Shown: positions 37,346 to 51,859, numbered from the stretch's first letter. The stretch is 64,000 nucleotides of DNA from Girardia tigrina (GCA_001938485.1 MQRK01217620.1:1-64000); one strand, 5' to 3'. Translations and numbers: made by a program. Notes: generated by a model not told the origin, from the sequence alone.

Positions 37346-37992
37346 TGTAATAGTCCACCGGTAAAATTAGTGTATTTTTTTTAACTTTTCAACTAACGAT
37401 GTATTTTATTTTTTTTTACATGTGCTTTCATCTGACTTGTAACTCGTGTGATGTTTATAATTGTTCCATGTACTTTTATTTATTTGTTTCGTTTTTATTT
37501 CCTGTATTATTTTTTGTTTTTTATTTATTTATTTTATAAATGTCGAAGTCAGGAAGCAAAAGGAGGTCACCATGCAGAGGTCGCGAATTGAAATTATATA
37601 ATAAAGAAATAAAATTATATAATAATCATAACTTACTATGGTTATGAAAATTTAAAAATTCAAATTGATCAAACAATCAATTAAATTTCAGAATTATAAT
37701 TACCAGATAATAAGTTTATTATTCATTATTAACTGAATATCACGAGCGAATTATTTACTATTTTGATTATTTTTGGCGACCCAACGATAATTATACGTTA
37801 TTTACTTGTGAGACAGATATATGTGATTAAATATCTCAAGCGAATTATTTATTATTTTGACCAAAAAATCGAAAATCAAACAATCAGGAAACCCATCACT
37901 CTAATAACAATTATATTATTTTTTACTGGTGAACTATATTCATACTATTACGGTATTTTTGACTAATTCGTTAATTTGTTATACCAGTTACA
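37346..37992 (+). mobile_element. 3' LTR of the Gypsy element
   Basis: PPT-like AGGGGGG at ~37333 precedes TGTAA; candidate end TTACA at 37992; internal AATAAA. Confidence 0.6.
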
Positions 37993-38486
37993 TTAAACGA
38001 GTTCATTTGCAGTTGGATTATTTCATTATTATTTCGTTAAAAAAATATATATATAAAAACAATCAATTCGACTGAATATTAGGGGATTGATTGCTTTTAT
38101 AAAAATGAACGAGGTTATTTGTCATAACTTGAAAATCATCAAAAAATTCAGAAATTAATATTTCGAAAATGTTTATTTGGAAAGTGTAGTAAAACAAAGT
38201 AAAATAATCGATTGTAAATAACTGACGAAATTATTATCATAATCAAATAAGATTTTTTTTCCATTTAAATAGAGATTTTCAATTTCTTTATTTTTATTTA
38301 TATTTTCATCTTCGTTTATACGTAATTTTTTTGATTTTGTATTTGACACAATCGATTGATTTCACTCTCCACTGATTCGTTCTCTTTACCGAGCCTCATT
38401 TTACAATCAAACACAGCTCGTTTCCTTTTATTTGTGATTTTTTATTGTCACTTCTTTTTTTCTTTAAATTTTGCTTATTTTAAATT

Positions 38487-39960
38487 GCTACGCCGACTTT
38501 ACCGCGGCGACTTTACCGCGGACGACTTTACCGCGGGTGACTTTACAGCGGGCGACTTTACCGCGGAAAATTTACAACGAAATTGTGAATAAGTGAACAA
38601 TATCATCTAAAATATGAATAAAAATTTTTAATTATGTTATGATAAAACAATGAATCATACACGGGTTTAATTTTAAAACATAAATGGATAGAAAATTTCA
38701 GATCGACATGGCATTTAATTATTATTTTTAATATAAAAAATAAACAAAGAAGATACGAAAAATTAGTAAATTCCTAATTTAAAAAAAATTCAAATAACAT
38801 TCTAGAACAAATGAATAACACAGCAAAAAAATGTGATGTGTAAATAGAAGATACAAAAATATTAAACTGATATATTAAAATAATGGAATAGTAAATATAT
38901 ACTTCAATCCAAAAAGTTTAAATTATGAGCAACGCCTCTAAGATAATCCAATATTGGTAAATTAATGTATTGCTCAACGACACGTTCAATCCTCTCACTT
39001 ACTTTGGCATAAATTTGCGATGAGAATTGTGGGAATTCTTCAATTCTAAAGAGAATTTTAATGCGCTGCAAAATTAGTTGAACAAAATCTTGATCAGTAC
39101 GAAATTGATTTATCAAACTATAAACAGTTGGTTGATTGCAAGCGATAGAATTTTGAAACGCACGATGCCAATTTTCTATTGCATTGTTTGTGAGTGGTAG
39201 ATGAGAAATAACGCGGTCATATACATTCCAACACTGAATTGAATATCAAGGACGTAATCCTCGTTCTCCANGAGCACGGCCAATATATGTATCCTCAAAA
39301 TATGCAAAGACATCATCGAGTTCTGGATAATCATTAGAAAGATCAAGTAAAACCAAAAAGGCAGTGATAACATCATCCACAGGAACAAACGCTATATCCA
39401 TTATTGATTTCAGAATGGTTCTAATTTCATCATTGTTTGAATAGAGATCTGGAAGATTTGATGTTTCTTTTATTTTTTCCAAATTGATTGGTTCCTATGA
39501 AAAAAACAGCTTTTAATCCAAACGGATTTCCAGATTTTGAAGTAAAGAATTGAAGATTCAGGCTGAAAAAGTGAGAGAAAATTTTTTAGAAATTTATAAT
39601 ATTTTAAGGTATATTTTTAAAGGTATATTAACGTAAATGGAAAATTTTATTATAAATATTATATTTTAATAAAGTATTATNNNNNNNNNNNNNNNNNNNN
39701 NNNNNNNNNNNNNNNNNNNNNNNNNNNNNNTAAAGTATTATTCGGTAATAATGGCAAAAAAATATCTTAATTAAAAATTTTAAGAAAATTGAATTTATTT
39801 AATTATTTAATATTAATATTATAAATTTTTAATATTTTTTTCTGAAAAACTCCGCGGTAAAGTCGTCCGCTGTAAAGTCACCTGCGGTAAAGTCGCCCGC
39901 GGTAAAGTCGTCCGCGGTAAAGTCGCCGCGGTAAAGTCGCCGCGGTAAAGTCGCCTCACC
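38487..39960 (-). mobile_element. Internally deleted MULE/Mutator transposon
   Basis: 9-bp TSD TTTTAAATT (38478-38486, 39961-39969). TIRs are built of tandem CGACTTTACCGCGG units. Transposase C-terminus AFVPVDDV..YFEDTYIG..WNVY..TNNAIENWH..YLRGVAHN. Confidence 0.92.
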
Positions 39961-40039
39961 TTTTAAATTATATATTACTAATATTATTTTTATTTTTATT
40001 TAATATTATAAAAGTAAAAATTGCTTCAAGTTTTTAGAT

Positions 40040-41501
40040 TCGGACTTTAGGTAATTTTTACAAGGGGAAGTATAGCAAAAATATAGTGCATAGCTCGGCT
40101 GTTCGGACCTTACGTCCGTACTAATCAGAAGTTACTCTCTGATAAAATTCTCATCGGCGGGATACATTCCCGAACTAAATACAACTTCGGAACCTTCCTC
40201 GTCGGGATTATTGCTTTTACGATTATTTTGGGGCATAGCTAATGGGTGACGACGACTGGGACGACGACAAGACCTAACTTTACTCGCTGAAACTAAAATA
40301 GGTCAGAATTTATTTATTAAATATATATTAAAAACAATTTACAAATTTATACATTTATTGCAAGACTATTAAAATATAAAATTCAATACGAAATCCCGTA
40401 AAATTACATTAGATTTAAATTTGATCTCCGGAGGAACGAATTCGCAAGTGGCTTGGGTTTCGTAGAATGATTCTCCAAATTAAATTAATCTGATCGTTCT
40501 CGTCAAGGTTCCTGTTGAATCTTGCTGTCTTTAATTTATGGTTCTCGAATTTGTGTCTTTGAATTACGTCTCAAATTTTCGTCTTCGAAATACGTCTCGG
40601 CTTTGTGATCTATAAATAACTGTCGTTTTTTGTTGTCAGATTTTGTGGGCGCTCTGATGAAAAACGATTCTTCTTTTATACTGTAGAGAAAAATGTTTGT
40701 TGCTTCTTCTTGGCCAATCAGGTTCTGCCAAGTACTCGTCTGAAAATTCTGCGATGCTGGTTGGTCGGGCTTGACGGTATGTCTTCAAAATATTCTTAAA
40801 ATTTTTATTTCATTTGCTTGCTGGTGTACCGCCGCACACTCTAGAATTTTTAGAGTTCGTGTGTGGCCGCGTCACCGATGATTCATGTAGAATTGTCAGC
40901 TGGTTGCTATTCTTGGAGTTACGGCTGACTCAGGGTAACTTTGTTTTTCTTAATTAATTTTCATATCTTTACAGGGTTATATCTCCTTTCGGAAATCTGT
41001 CAGTGCTTCACGGGTTCCACCCAGGGATTCACTTCACGAGGGACTACACGGGGATGGTCGGTTGACCTCCTAGCTCAAATGGATAGTTCGGTAGGCGACT
41101 TTATTTTGAGTTCATTTTTAATTAATTTTTGTTTCTCTCAGGATTCATACCCCTTCTCACAGCTCTTCCACACATTAACGGTTCGTCTCCAGGAGTGCGT
41201 CTCTTCTCACTCTATCTGAGGTGGGATGATTGTCCGTCTCTTTCTATAGGGTAAGTTTTTATTTGATCTCGTCTGATTTTCTTTATATCGTATTTTATAG
41301 CTCTACTGCGGTGTCTGCGTCATTTTATCAGTCTACGAGGGTTCGGGATCCTCTTCACAACACTAGTGGGATCAACCAAACTTTGTATTGAGCTTTTTAA
41401 GTATATGTATCGTATCAAAACCATTTTCTTCTTTTCTTATATAACGTAGTCGTATATTTAATCCTAATACTGTCTAGTTCAATGAATTTCAGACCGCAAC
41501 A
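40040..41501 (-). mobile_element. E5: inverted, 3'-truncated copy of the long-LTR family
   Basis: TATAAAAG on the minus strand at ~40680; exon/intron array on the plus strand homologous to E1/E2; disrupted sORF from 40236 (..RE*LLISTDVRS); candidate 5' end TGTTGC at 41501. Confidence 0.75.
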
Positions 41502-43401
41502 CAAGGATATGTTATTTTTTATTATCGTTTGGTTATTTTTTTATAGTGTATGAGCATGATAGATTTTTACTTTTAAATGTCAAGCCTTATTTTTTAGCTT
41601 TTTATTCAAGGGGTGAATGAATTTACATCATCATTTTTATCAGAGTCTGATGAAGTAGTCGTATATAGTGAAATATAAATTAATATAGTTCATAATAGAC
41701 TGTATCGATTTAGAGAAATCAATATTCCTATGACATTGCAAATTAGAATGTGATGCATTGGATTATATAACTTTCGGCGACAAATTTATACAAAGAACAT
41801 ATCATTAAAGACAGTTGGGCAATATTTATTTACCGTGAATTTGGGCATTTATAAATGAAGAAATTAATTGAATATGTATGTAACTTTCTTTATTATTTTA
41901 ATTAAAAGTGTTTTATTGTTCGTTATTTTTCTTTATTGACGCTAATTGTCTTCTATCATTTTTTTGTAAGTAAAAATAGTCGATTCATTTGTTTCTTTGG
42001 ATCAACTATTTTTACAATCATTTTAGATTAGATAGAATGAAGAGAGCCCCGAGAAGATAAACGTTGGTCTGTCCGCGTGCCCCTTGCATGCTACGGGCAG
42101 CTTGCCTCATCCTCACAGGGTTCCTCGCTCTTTCAACCACCGTTCAAAAGGTACATTCGCTTCGAATCTCGATTATGACTTTGTAAAACATTTCATAGAT
42201 GATGACATGTTCAAATTTTATGACTCGAATTTTATTAAGTTTACTTATTCAGTTTGTCAAATATAACTCAGCCTTTCCTCAGAAATATCACTTCGTCGAA
42301 CTCAATAATTGGAATTTGCTAATTCTAATAATACGTCCGTGAACATCTGTCACTATTATCTTTGTTCACCTTTAACATCACAGTATATTATTCTTGTAAC
42401 AATCACGGTTGTAACTCTCACCTCATGATTTTATATAAATTCTCATAAGCCAATTTACAAATTTATACAAATCTTTATATAAATTTTTCTTATTTATTCT
42501 CATTCATAAATTTATTCCGTGACTTTGTTTCATCTTGTACTATCTAATTATCCCTCTCTTGTAACTTTCACTAGTGATTTCAAAATTATTTAATATCGAA
42601 AATATCCATTCAAAGCAACATATTTAAATCAACCCTGGTGTCATACCCAACTCTTCAAACAACTAATCTCACAGCTTAAACCATTATAATAAAATAAAAA
42701 TAAATCAATAAAAAAAATCGTCAATAAAATCGTCAAAACAAAATTTATTATGAATTACGAGTTTATACAAAAAAGACTATTAAACAAATAAATAAAAGAA
42801 TGATTAAATAAAATCCAAACTGCCAAATATTAATAATAAAATAAAGAAATCCCAATTCTCGAATCACTTAATTAAAATATAATTATTAATTAGTTTAGTC
42901 CAAATTAAGAATTTTCAAATTTTTAAATTAATCACAATTGACAATTAAATTAATCGTTATCATTATTTCTTAAGTTAATAATTCCTCACGGTAATTAGTT
43001 AAATTTAAATCAATCATAATTAATAATTAAATTAATCACTATTATTATTTCTTAAATCAATTTTAACTATTTACAGTAATTTATCCTTACAGTTATTTAC
43101 ATGACCAGGTTACGCATCAACACACAAGAACACCCATTCTGGATCTCTTGAGTGCGGAAACGAACCAATGTCTTATCCACATTTGTCTCTATTTTTGTGA
43201 CAACTATAGTCGACTCCATTAACTTGATTCTCGTTATTGTAATATAAATCAGTAGAGATTATAATAATACATTATTAGATAAAATCTGACTGTATCACAT
43301 GGATAGATATTTAAATCAAATAATAATAATAATAATAATAAAACAGCATAATAATTAGAAAGAATAACTAATTGTAATACATATATTAAACTTATAAAAT
43401 A

Positions 43402-44288
43402 TGTAACAAAATCGCCGTAATTAACGTAATTAATGAAATTAATAAAACGGACAAAATACAAATGAAATTAATAAAACAAACCAAGTGACGATTATTACCT
43501 TGTTCAGTGTTCTCCTTCGATCAAGATCAAGTAAAATTTGGACTCTAGTTCAAAATAAAATAAATACTCGCTTGGGAAATTGCTCGAAATCAAATAAAAT
43601 ATTCGTTTGGGTAGTTGCTCGAAATTGTATAGATATTCGTTGGATAATTGCCGAAATTAAATAAAATAAATAATAATTGTGCGGAGTTAAATAATTAAAA
43701 TAATAACTGTGCTCAATCGAAATTAAATAATTTAGCTGATAATCGTGCGTACTTGCGTTTGTGCGTGTAATGCATTCGTTATTTATATTAGTTTATATTA
43801 TATTTATTCGTGCAGTATCCTGTTTTTCTATCGCGATCGGGATGAAGGACGCGCAATCTCGTTATGTCGCTGACCAGACCACCTTGGAACGGACATCGAA
43901 CCAAATAAACAATTCTATGTCGGCATCGGGATAAACAGGATGTCCCTTGACTCGCGTCAGTCGCCGCGAATAAACAATCGTAGGATTCGTTTATTATTAT
44001 GTAAGTTCAACTTTTAATTAATTAATTAAGATCTTTAATTAGGGTGTTGTTTTTAGCTTTACAAGCTACTCAAATGGATCAGACTGGAAGCAGCGGACCG
44101 GAATCCCGTCCCGACTTGACATCTCGACAAGCTGGGAGCCAATTTAAAACTACTTGAGGATAGTCGAGTTTGACTATCCTCAAAACAAACGGAACATGGC
44201 TCTCATGCGTAGGGGTTGTCTGGTTTCGGAAGGGGTTTATATGAGGATAACAGGAAAGGGGTGGCATAATTTGAACTCTATCGTAACA
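43402..44288 (-). mobile_element. Probable ~0.9-kb solo LTR
   Basis: TGTTACGA start on the minus strand (same as E3) and TTGTTACA end; flanks AATA/TATA; internal short direct repeats. Left boundary uncertain. Confidence 0.45.
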
Positions 44289-44359
44289 TATATATATATA
44301 TATATATATNNNNNNNNNNNNNNNNNNNNNNNNNNNNNNNNNNNNNNNNNNNNNNNNNN

Positions 44360-44420
<61 letters not shown>
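44289..44420. repeat. (TA)n microsatellite spanning an assembly gap
   Basis: Visible directly. Similar tracts at ~7901-7934, 8302-8332, 9143-9172 and 57636-57663. Confidence 0.9.
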
Positions 44421-44423
<3 letters not shown>

Positions 44424-47404
44424 TATATATCAATAAATATCAACAAAAACAATTAACCCTCACTTTCATATGGGTTCGTGGTGTTAATTTCTTTTTGGTG
44501 TCTTTATACGAATTTATCCGCTTGTTTCTTTTTGTACAACAAAAACAATTTTGAAATTGTCAATTCAAATTAACGTTAATTTTAATCAAGTTAACAAACC
44601 TCAACTAATCACGTTGAATTCGAATTGTCCAATGGGACAAGTGAGATGCATCAAATTCTCTCTCTATTAGCGTTTGTGCGTGCCTGATTGTCGATTGGCG
44701 AGTGTGTGTGTCAATCGACAGAGTAAGAGAAGACAGGAAAAAATGATTGAAAATCACAACTTTTTGGTTAAAATTTATATGATTCGAGTTTATTGATTTC
44801 ATTTTCTCGAATATTTTCGACTGATCTTTATTTTATCGATTGTTATAATTTTTGTCGATCTGAAAACGTTATCAGAAATTTTGTGTTGAAATTTTTTTGT
44901 GAACAATTGAATTGAAGGATTATTGGAGCCTACTTTTTGTTTGTTTGAGTGAATTTCAATACAAATTAACGATTTGGTGTTGATAAAAAAAGGCAAATCT
45001 ATGTTTTGATTGTCCTAGAAAAGTCGATCAAGTTGATTGTTGAAGCAAATTCGTTGTATTGAAACGAAATGATATTATTGCAACGAAATTTGTAATTTTC
45101 TTTTACTTTTTAGGGAACAGATTATTTTAAATTGAATGGCCACTTCGAAAACAATTGATGTATATAGAGTTGATATCTGTTGATTAAAAATAAACATTTT
45201 GTAAACGAGTTAAATATTTCTGATTCTGAAAAATGATCTCTTCGATGAACAATATGAACACGATTAATAAAAAAATGAAGCATTCAAACAATCTTTTGTT
45301 AACATTGGCCCAGCACACGAACACCGAAAAAGAACGATTGCGCAATGACGCCACCTCCGTCAGATTCTCGGGGCAACCTGAGGGTCGGGCGGAACAGTTT
45401 GCTTAAAAAAATTACTCCTTAAATAATTTTTAAAAAATTAAATAATAAAAAACGAAACAAATGGTGTGAATACCATGTGACAGTATTTGATTGGACGATT
45501 TTGTAACGTGATATTTGTTTTTTGGTCGAATAGTGAATCGATCTATTTTTCTGTTAGACGTTGTTTAGTAGAAATACTTTAATAAAATCTTTTTAGGTGC
45601 GTATTTTTGGATTTGAATTTTTTCAGTGGCCATATTGTTTTATTACTTATTCAATTAACATTTATTTGGAAAAAAATCAAGTCGTCAATAAATTTGGCTA
45701 TTATTTTTGGGAGAATGTCGATAATTTGAGAGATGAGACGATTCGTATCCAAACGACAATTCGTCGATAATTTACGGGACAATATATTGCTGGTTAAGAA
45801 ATTAATGAGACTATGATAATGAGTCTAAAGCGAAAAAAGAGCTCAAAGATTAATTTCTGTTAAACAGGTAATTAAGGATGTATTTCCGACCATCATGTTA
45901 GAATCATTGGACACAATACATTTTATTTATACTTTTAATTTTTGTAATTCGTATCGTGTGTATTTTTAGGATGTGTTGTAGTACTGTGGTTTTTAAAAAA
46001 AAACTAGTGAACATATTTTGGGAACTGAGTTATTTGACTTTGAACCCCGGGTTATCGGTAACCAACCGTAAGATTATATTACTGTAATCTCCGCGTGTGT
46101 ATTTTAGTACTTAACCCTGTATACTTAAGACCAAAACTTGCCTCTCAACCACCATACCATCTGCAAGCAGTGATAGATGATGAGGACCTTCCAGGTTCCA
46201 GACCTACACAGGTTTAAGACCAGATAGGCCAGATCAGCCCTAATGGGTATGATGTGATGTTATGATTGAAGATAATTCGTATTAATGTATTGACCCCAGG
46301 ACGTGATATTGTGTGTTCTGTATTCGTGTGACATTCCCCCTAGCAGATGAAAGATTACGACAACAATCCGTTTATCATGAATTTATTCATTACGATTTAT
46401 TTACAAAAGTCTGAACTCGAATACCCTGACGCAAATCATACGTTTATGTGTGTGATTTTGATGTTAAGACGTGGTGATATGATGAAGAAAGAGATGCTAG
46501 ATAATTTTAACTATTGTGTGCTGGCTATATTTTAAAACAACGAATCAACAACTCATATAAATCAGACCAAAAAATTATTTATTGAAACACTTTACGACAT
46601 TAATACTCTTGCAGATCCTCTGCTGCTGTCGCCGTTGTATATAATCATCGCCCCTGTACTCGGCGATCGACCACTGCGTTCCTAAGGTGCGTGACTCCTT
46701 TCCTTGTGTGATTTTAACTGAAATTTGCTCAGTTTATATACTGAGTTCTTCGTTGATTTTTTCTGCGTGTCCAATTCTTACTGGTCCAAGTTCGTTTTGG
46801 AATCGTACGATCGGTACCTATTGGAACACGCCAGTTACTAATTTTAAGCTTTCTAAAATTAAAAAATTCTAGAAAATTTTGGAGTAATGACTAATGGCAA
46901 AAAATACTTTTATTTTATTTTTTGTTTTAATTTTACTTTTCCATCATGTTTTATTTTCCAGATTTCTCCTCTTCTAAAATGCGGTTGTTTAATCACATCA
47001 ACGGATCGGATGAGTGACGATCATTTACGCGCGGAATTCAAATGCCAATTCCGAATTCCATCGAGAAGTTTATTATGCTTTTCTATTATTCACAATATTT
47101 TTTGCCTCACGGAGCCAGCAAAATGCATCGGCCCGCCTCTGAGACAGTCTGGAGGAGAGTTGGGGTTTTATTTGTTTAATATGTTTCCATAAATTCGATC
47201 GAATGATTAATTGCAATTTTACGAATTTTGATGAATGTATCACTTTTCGTTCGCTTCTTCTACGTTTTTACGATATTTATTGCGTTTGATTTTGGTGTGA
47301 ATTTTTGGATTATTTCTTACGTAAATCGGTTGATATTTTGTTATTTTTGTCGATCTTTGAATAAATGAATTATTATTATTTCTTTCTGAATTTTCCTTCT
47401 TCTA

Positions 47405-48574
47405 TTAGGTTGTTCGATATGAAACGGGTCAAAATTAAAGTAAAATGTAAATCGATTTTTTTTAAATAATAACATTTTATTTTTAATCAAAATATCCCCC
47501 ATGTTGTCAACACACTGTTGCCATTTCAATGGTAACACATTTAACCCTTTAGGATAAAACACTGATTCACGAGAGTCAATGAATTCTTGAAAGGCCGTTT
47601 TCACAGCCCCCGAAGAAGTGAAATTTTTCCCCGACAAGAAGTTGTCCAAGCTTTGGAAAAAGTGGTAGTCCGNNNNNNNNNNNNNNNNNNNNNNNNNNNN
47701 NNNNNNNNNNNNNNNNNNNNNNNNNNNNNNNNNNNNNNNNNNNNNNNNNNNNNNNNNNNNNNNNNNNNNNNNNNNNNNNNNNNNNNNNNNNNNNNNNNNN
47801 NNNNNNNNNNNNNNNNNNNNNNNNNNNNNNNNNNNNNNNNNNNNNNNNNNNNNNNNNNNNNNNNNNNNNNNNNNNNNNNNNNNNNNNNNNNNNNNNNNNN
47901 NNNNNNNNNNNNNNNNNNNNNNNNNNNNNNNNNNNNNNNNNNNNNNNNNNNNNNNNNNNNNNNNNNNNNNNNNNNNNNNNNNNNNNNNNNNNNNNNNNNN
48001 NNNNNNNNNNNNNNNNNNNNNNNNNNNNNNNNNNNNNNNNNNNNNNNNNNNNNNNNNNNNNNNNNNNNNNNNNNNNNNNNNNNNNNNNNNNNNNNNNNNN
48101 NNNNNNNNNNNNNNNNNNNNNNNNNNNNNNNNNNNNNNNNNNNNNNNNNNNNNNNNNNNNNNNNNNNNNNNNNNNNNNNNNNNNNNNNNNNNNNNNNNNN
48201 NNNNNNNNNNNNNNNNNNNNNNNNNNNNNNNNNNNNNNNNNNNNNNNNNNNNNNNNNNNNNNNNNNNNNNNNNNNNNNNNNNNNNNNNNNNNNNNNNNNN
48301 NNNNNNNNNNNNNNNNNNNNNNNNNNNNNNNNNNNNNNNNNNNNNNNNNNNNNNNNNNNNNNNNNNNNNNNNNNNNNNNNNNNNNNNNNNNNNNNNNNNN
48401 NNNNNNNNNNNNNNNNNNNNNNNNNNNNNNNNNNNNNNNNNNNNNNNNNNNNNNNNNNNNNNNATATCTGTCAAGAAATACCTTATTTATTTTCATACGA
48501 TAGTTCAAAGTTAAGTTATACGCGATTGAAATGTAAGGTGTGAAGTTTGACCCGTTTCATATCGAACAACCTAA
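47405..48574 (-). mobile_element. mariner transposon, interior mostly N gap
   Basis: Perfect 29-bp TIRs TTAGGTTGTTCGATATGAAACGGGTCAAA; TA TSD; C-terminal DYHFFQSL..F..L..KWQQCV. Confidence 0.92.
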
Positions 48575-49589
48575 TATCATGTATCTTTTTGTATTTCAAC
48601 GGTTATTTTTTCAAATATATTTTGCTGAATTTTCTGAATTGTTTGCTGATTATTTTCTACCGTTTTTCATATTTGTTGGTTAAAATATCGGAATAATCTA
48701 TTTATTATTATTTTCTAATTATTTTTCTTGAAATCTTGTTGTTTGATATTGGTTTGGATTATTGTTCACGATTTGGGTTATTATAGAATTTTTCAGATTT
48801 TTTTTCATGATTTTCTACATAAATTTTCGTGGATTTTATGATTTTATCCGATTCCTGGCGCTATTCCAATATATGGGGTTTATGATTTATTATTTTTTAA
48901 CGTTTTCTGATGTGATTACTATTTTCCGTTGTTTGTGAATATTTTACGATTTTTTTGGCAATTTCTTGGATCATTTATTTGTCTAATTCTTCATGATTTA
49001 ATTATTATTTGATGTTTATCGATTTATTTTTACCATTTTACTTCAATTTTAATATTTCTTTACCAATTCTTAACAGATTTTCTCACTTTTTGCTTTATTT
49101 TATTTGCAAAATTATTCTCGGATTTATGATAATTTTATCAGATTTTTTATCTGTTTACTTTCATATATTATTTCCATTTTATCGATTATTGATTCATTTT
49201 TCCACTGTTATTTGTATTTTTATATCGTTTATGTACATTTAAACACTTTTGCTATCCATTTATCATAAATTTTTATGTTTCGTGTGAACTTCCTTGCTTT
49301 TTGTAATTCATGATCATTCTGATTATTTTTTTTTAATTTACATTTTTAATTCTTATATGTCCTGTTAGATTTTGAGTTCTATCGCAACAGATGTTTCTTT
49401 TTAGAGTTTTTATAAAAAAAATTTTTGGTTCTGATAATATTTTAGATTTTTGATATTTTACAGTTATTCTTTAACTTTTTAAAATTAAATTATTTATTTA
49501 GAATGAGAATCGTGCCAAAATTGACACCATATTTTTAATTTTGTATTTCCTATATATTTAATTGTTGTTGTGCTAGAGGGGTAAGTATC

Positions 49590-50880
49590 GAACCTTTGCC
49601 ATAGGCCAATCTTGATTTTTTTGTCCAATGTCTTACTGATGTTTTCACTATGTTGAGATTCCAATTTGAAAGCGAGAATGCCGCAAAATTGGACAAGCGA
49701 ATCTTCGAGGCCCTATATTTCGGGGTTTCGAAAAAGTCCTGCCAAAGAATAGGTGAACCTTGTCGGTACGACTCGTACCAGAGTTATCTGGTTAGTGAGG
49801 ACATCCTATAGCCAGATATATGAAAAATTAAAAGTAGCAGGCAGTTGAATTGACTACAATTTAGAGAAGATATCAAGAAGTAAGGATTTGTTAACTAATG
49901 ACTTCGGTATCAATGTCTTTTATTAATAGATATGGAGTAAGGAACCATGTCCTCATCGCAGCAATGCCGACATGGAGGACTTCAGAAATCATCGACAACA
50001 ATGACTATTTAGAGCCATTTAACAGCAAATTTTACAGTTTAATGAATGATCATATGAAGAACTTAGTTAATAATAGAAATTTCATCAATGATCTGATCAA
50101 ATTGAACTTGTGAGATGAGGACTGCAAATGCGTTCTGATAGCAAATGAAGTGTCCATTCAGAATTTTCTCACGGTGCTGGACGACATAAAGAAGCTCTAT
50201 AAGACGATGTGGGAGATCCATCAGAAAGTAATCGTAATGATTACGGTAGATCGAGCGCAATTTATCGACCAAAGTGAAAGTATTAATTTTCACATGGCAG
50301 AATCAAGTCCCCATACGCTACCTATCTGCACTTTATGTCCTGCAGGAAGGCGAGACTGATGTTTTATTTTGGTGTGTAAATTGAATAATTAATTCATGGA
50401 TTGAAGACAGGAATGTATAATCTGAGAATACACAAGAAAATCGACCCCATCCAGTTCAATCTTTACAATGAAGGAATAAACGAGCAAATAAATATGGAGG
50501 ACGAGTGACTATTGAATAAGAATTGTGTCAGAATATATTTAATTTATACATTTATTTTTTGTATTTTGTATTATGTGTCTATTTCAGATGTTTATTTATT
50601 TTTCTAAGTAACAGTTATAGTTTTGATATAAAAATTGTTTTTTTTCGTTTTGATAATAAATTTTGATTTTGAATTTGTGAAGGTGAGACTGATGTTTTAT
50701 ATTGTGGTGTGTAAATTGAATAATTAATTCAGGGATTGAAGACAAGAATTTATAATCTGAGAATACACAAGGAAGTCGACCCCATCCAGTTTAATCTTGA
50801 CAATGAATGAATAAACGAGCAAATAAATGAGGAAGACGAGTGACCATTGAATAAAAATTGTGTCAGAATTGGTTGACACA
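49590..50880 (+). pseudogene. RRM1: Ribonucleotide reductase large subunit C-terminal pseudogene with duplicated tail
   Basis: YGVRNHVLIAAMPT, EPFNS, LYKTMWEIHQK, DRAQFIDQSESINFH, GLKTGMYNLR..PIQFNL. Stops present. The last segment is duplicated at ~50350-50530 and ~50683-50868. Confidence 0.85.
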
Positions 50881-51859
50881 ATATATTTAATTTATACTTT
50901 TAATTTTTGTATTTTGTATCGTGTGCATTTTTAGGATGTTTATTTTTAGGGTTTTTATAAAAAATTTTTTGTTGGTTCTGATAATATATTTTAGATTTTT
51001 GATATTTTACAGTTTTTTTTAACTTTTTAAAATTATTTGAAGACTGTAGTAGCAAATTTTTCGTATATATATATCGTACAGTACACAACTTATTGTAAAA
51101 AAATAGTGAAAGTCTCCATTCATTATTAAGTATAGTAATTCGAGCTGTAAATTAAATCAAACCTAATGCGAAAATGATAGAATCTTTCGGCATTTGTACC
51201 GTGATAATAAGTAAGATTTAATGAAATTACTTTTGCACACAGAAGTTTGGTAACTTGAAAGGGTACATGTTTAAATCTTTTCGTAACATTATATGATAGT
51301 ATTATATAATTTTTGAAAAGTAGAAATGCCAACAATTAACAATTGTCAAAAAGGATGCTTTTTATTTACAGATACTTTCAGGAGATTTAATGATATTTGT
51401 CATACTATTTATTTTTTATCTGTATGGATTGTAAATGATTTATATTATGTAAATTATATTGTAAATCATGATATATACACGTATATATCGATGAAAATAA
51501 AAAATATCAATTGGAATATTTTGGGTTTAATTATGCTTATTCATTTTATACGAAGCAAATGATAATTTACAATAACCAAGGAATTGTTTATATCTGGTGA
51601 TAATTTTTGTGGTTTAATATAAATTTCTTGTTATTATTTTATTTATTTTTTATAGTTAAAACCAGACTCATTGGTAGCTGAATTACAGTTAACCAGTCAG
51701 CCATGTTTTTACAATATTAAAAAACTGCAATTAAATAACGATTAAATTAACGACTAAATTAACTGCCAAAATATTGTGTCATTATTTATTGAAAAACTTG
51801 TATTTTTACACCATAATCTATTAAAATAGAGAATTTTATCAATTTCATGGATTATCATC

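Noticed and set aside
38492-38570. Tandem 14-15-nt repeats resembling a CRISPR or iteron array
   Set aside because: No spacers. They are mirrored at ~39852-39955 and bounded by a 9-bp TSD, so they are MULE TIR subrepeats.
41647-41670. Additional CTGATGA hammerhead cores (also ~3331 and ~40654)
   Set aside because: No stem II followed by GAAA and no closing stem I.
46550-47400. Another inverted LTR with an intron-like segment
   Set aside because: A TATA-like motif and an acceptor are visible, but no termini or TSD could be defined.
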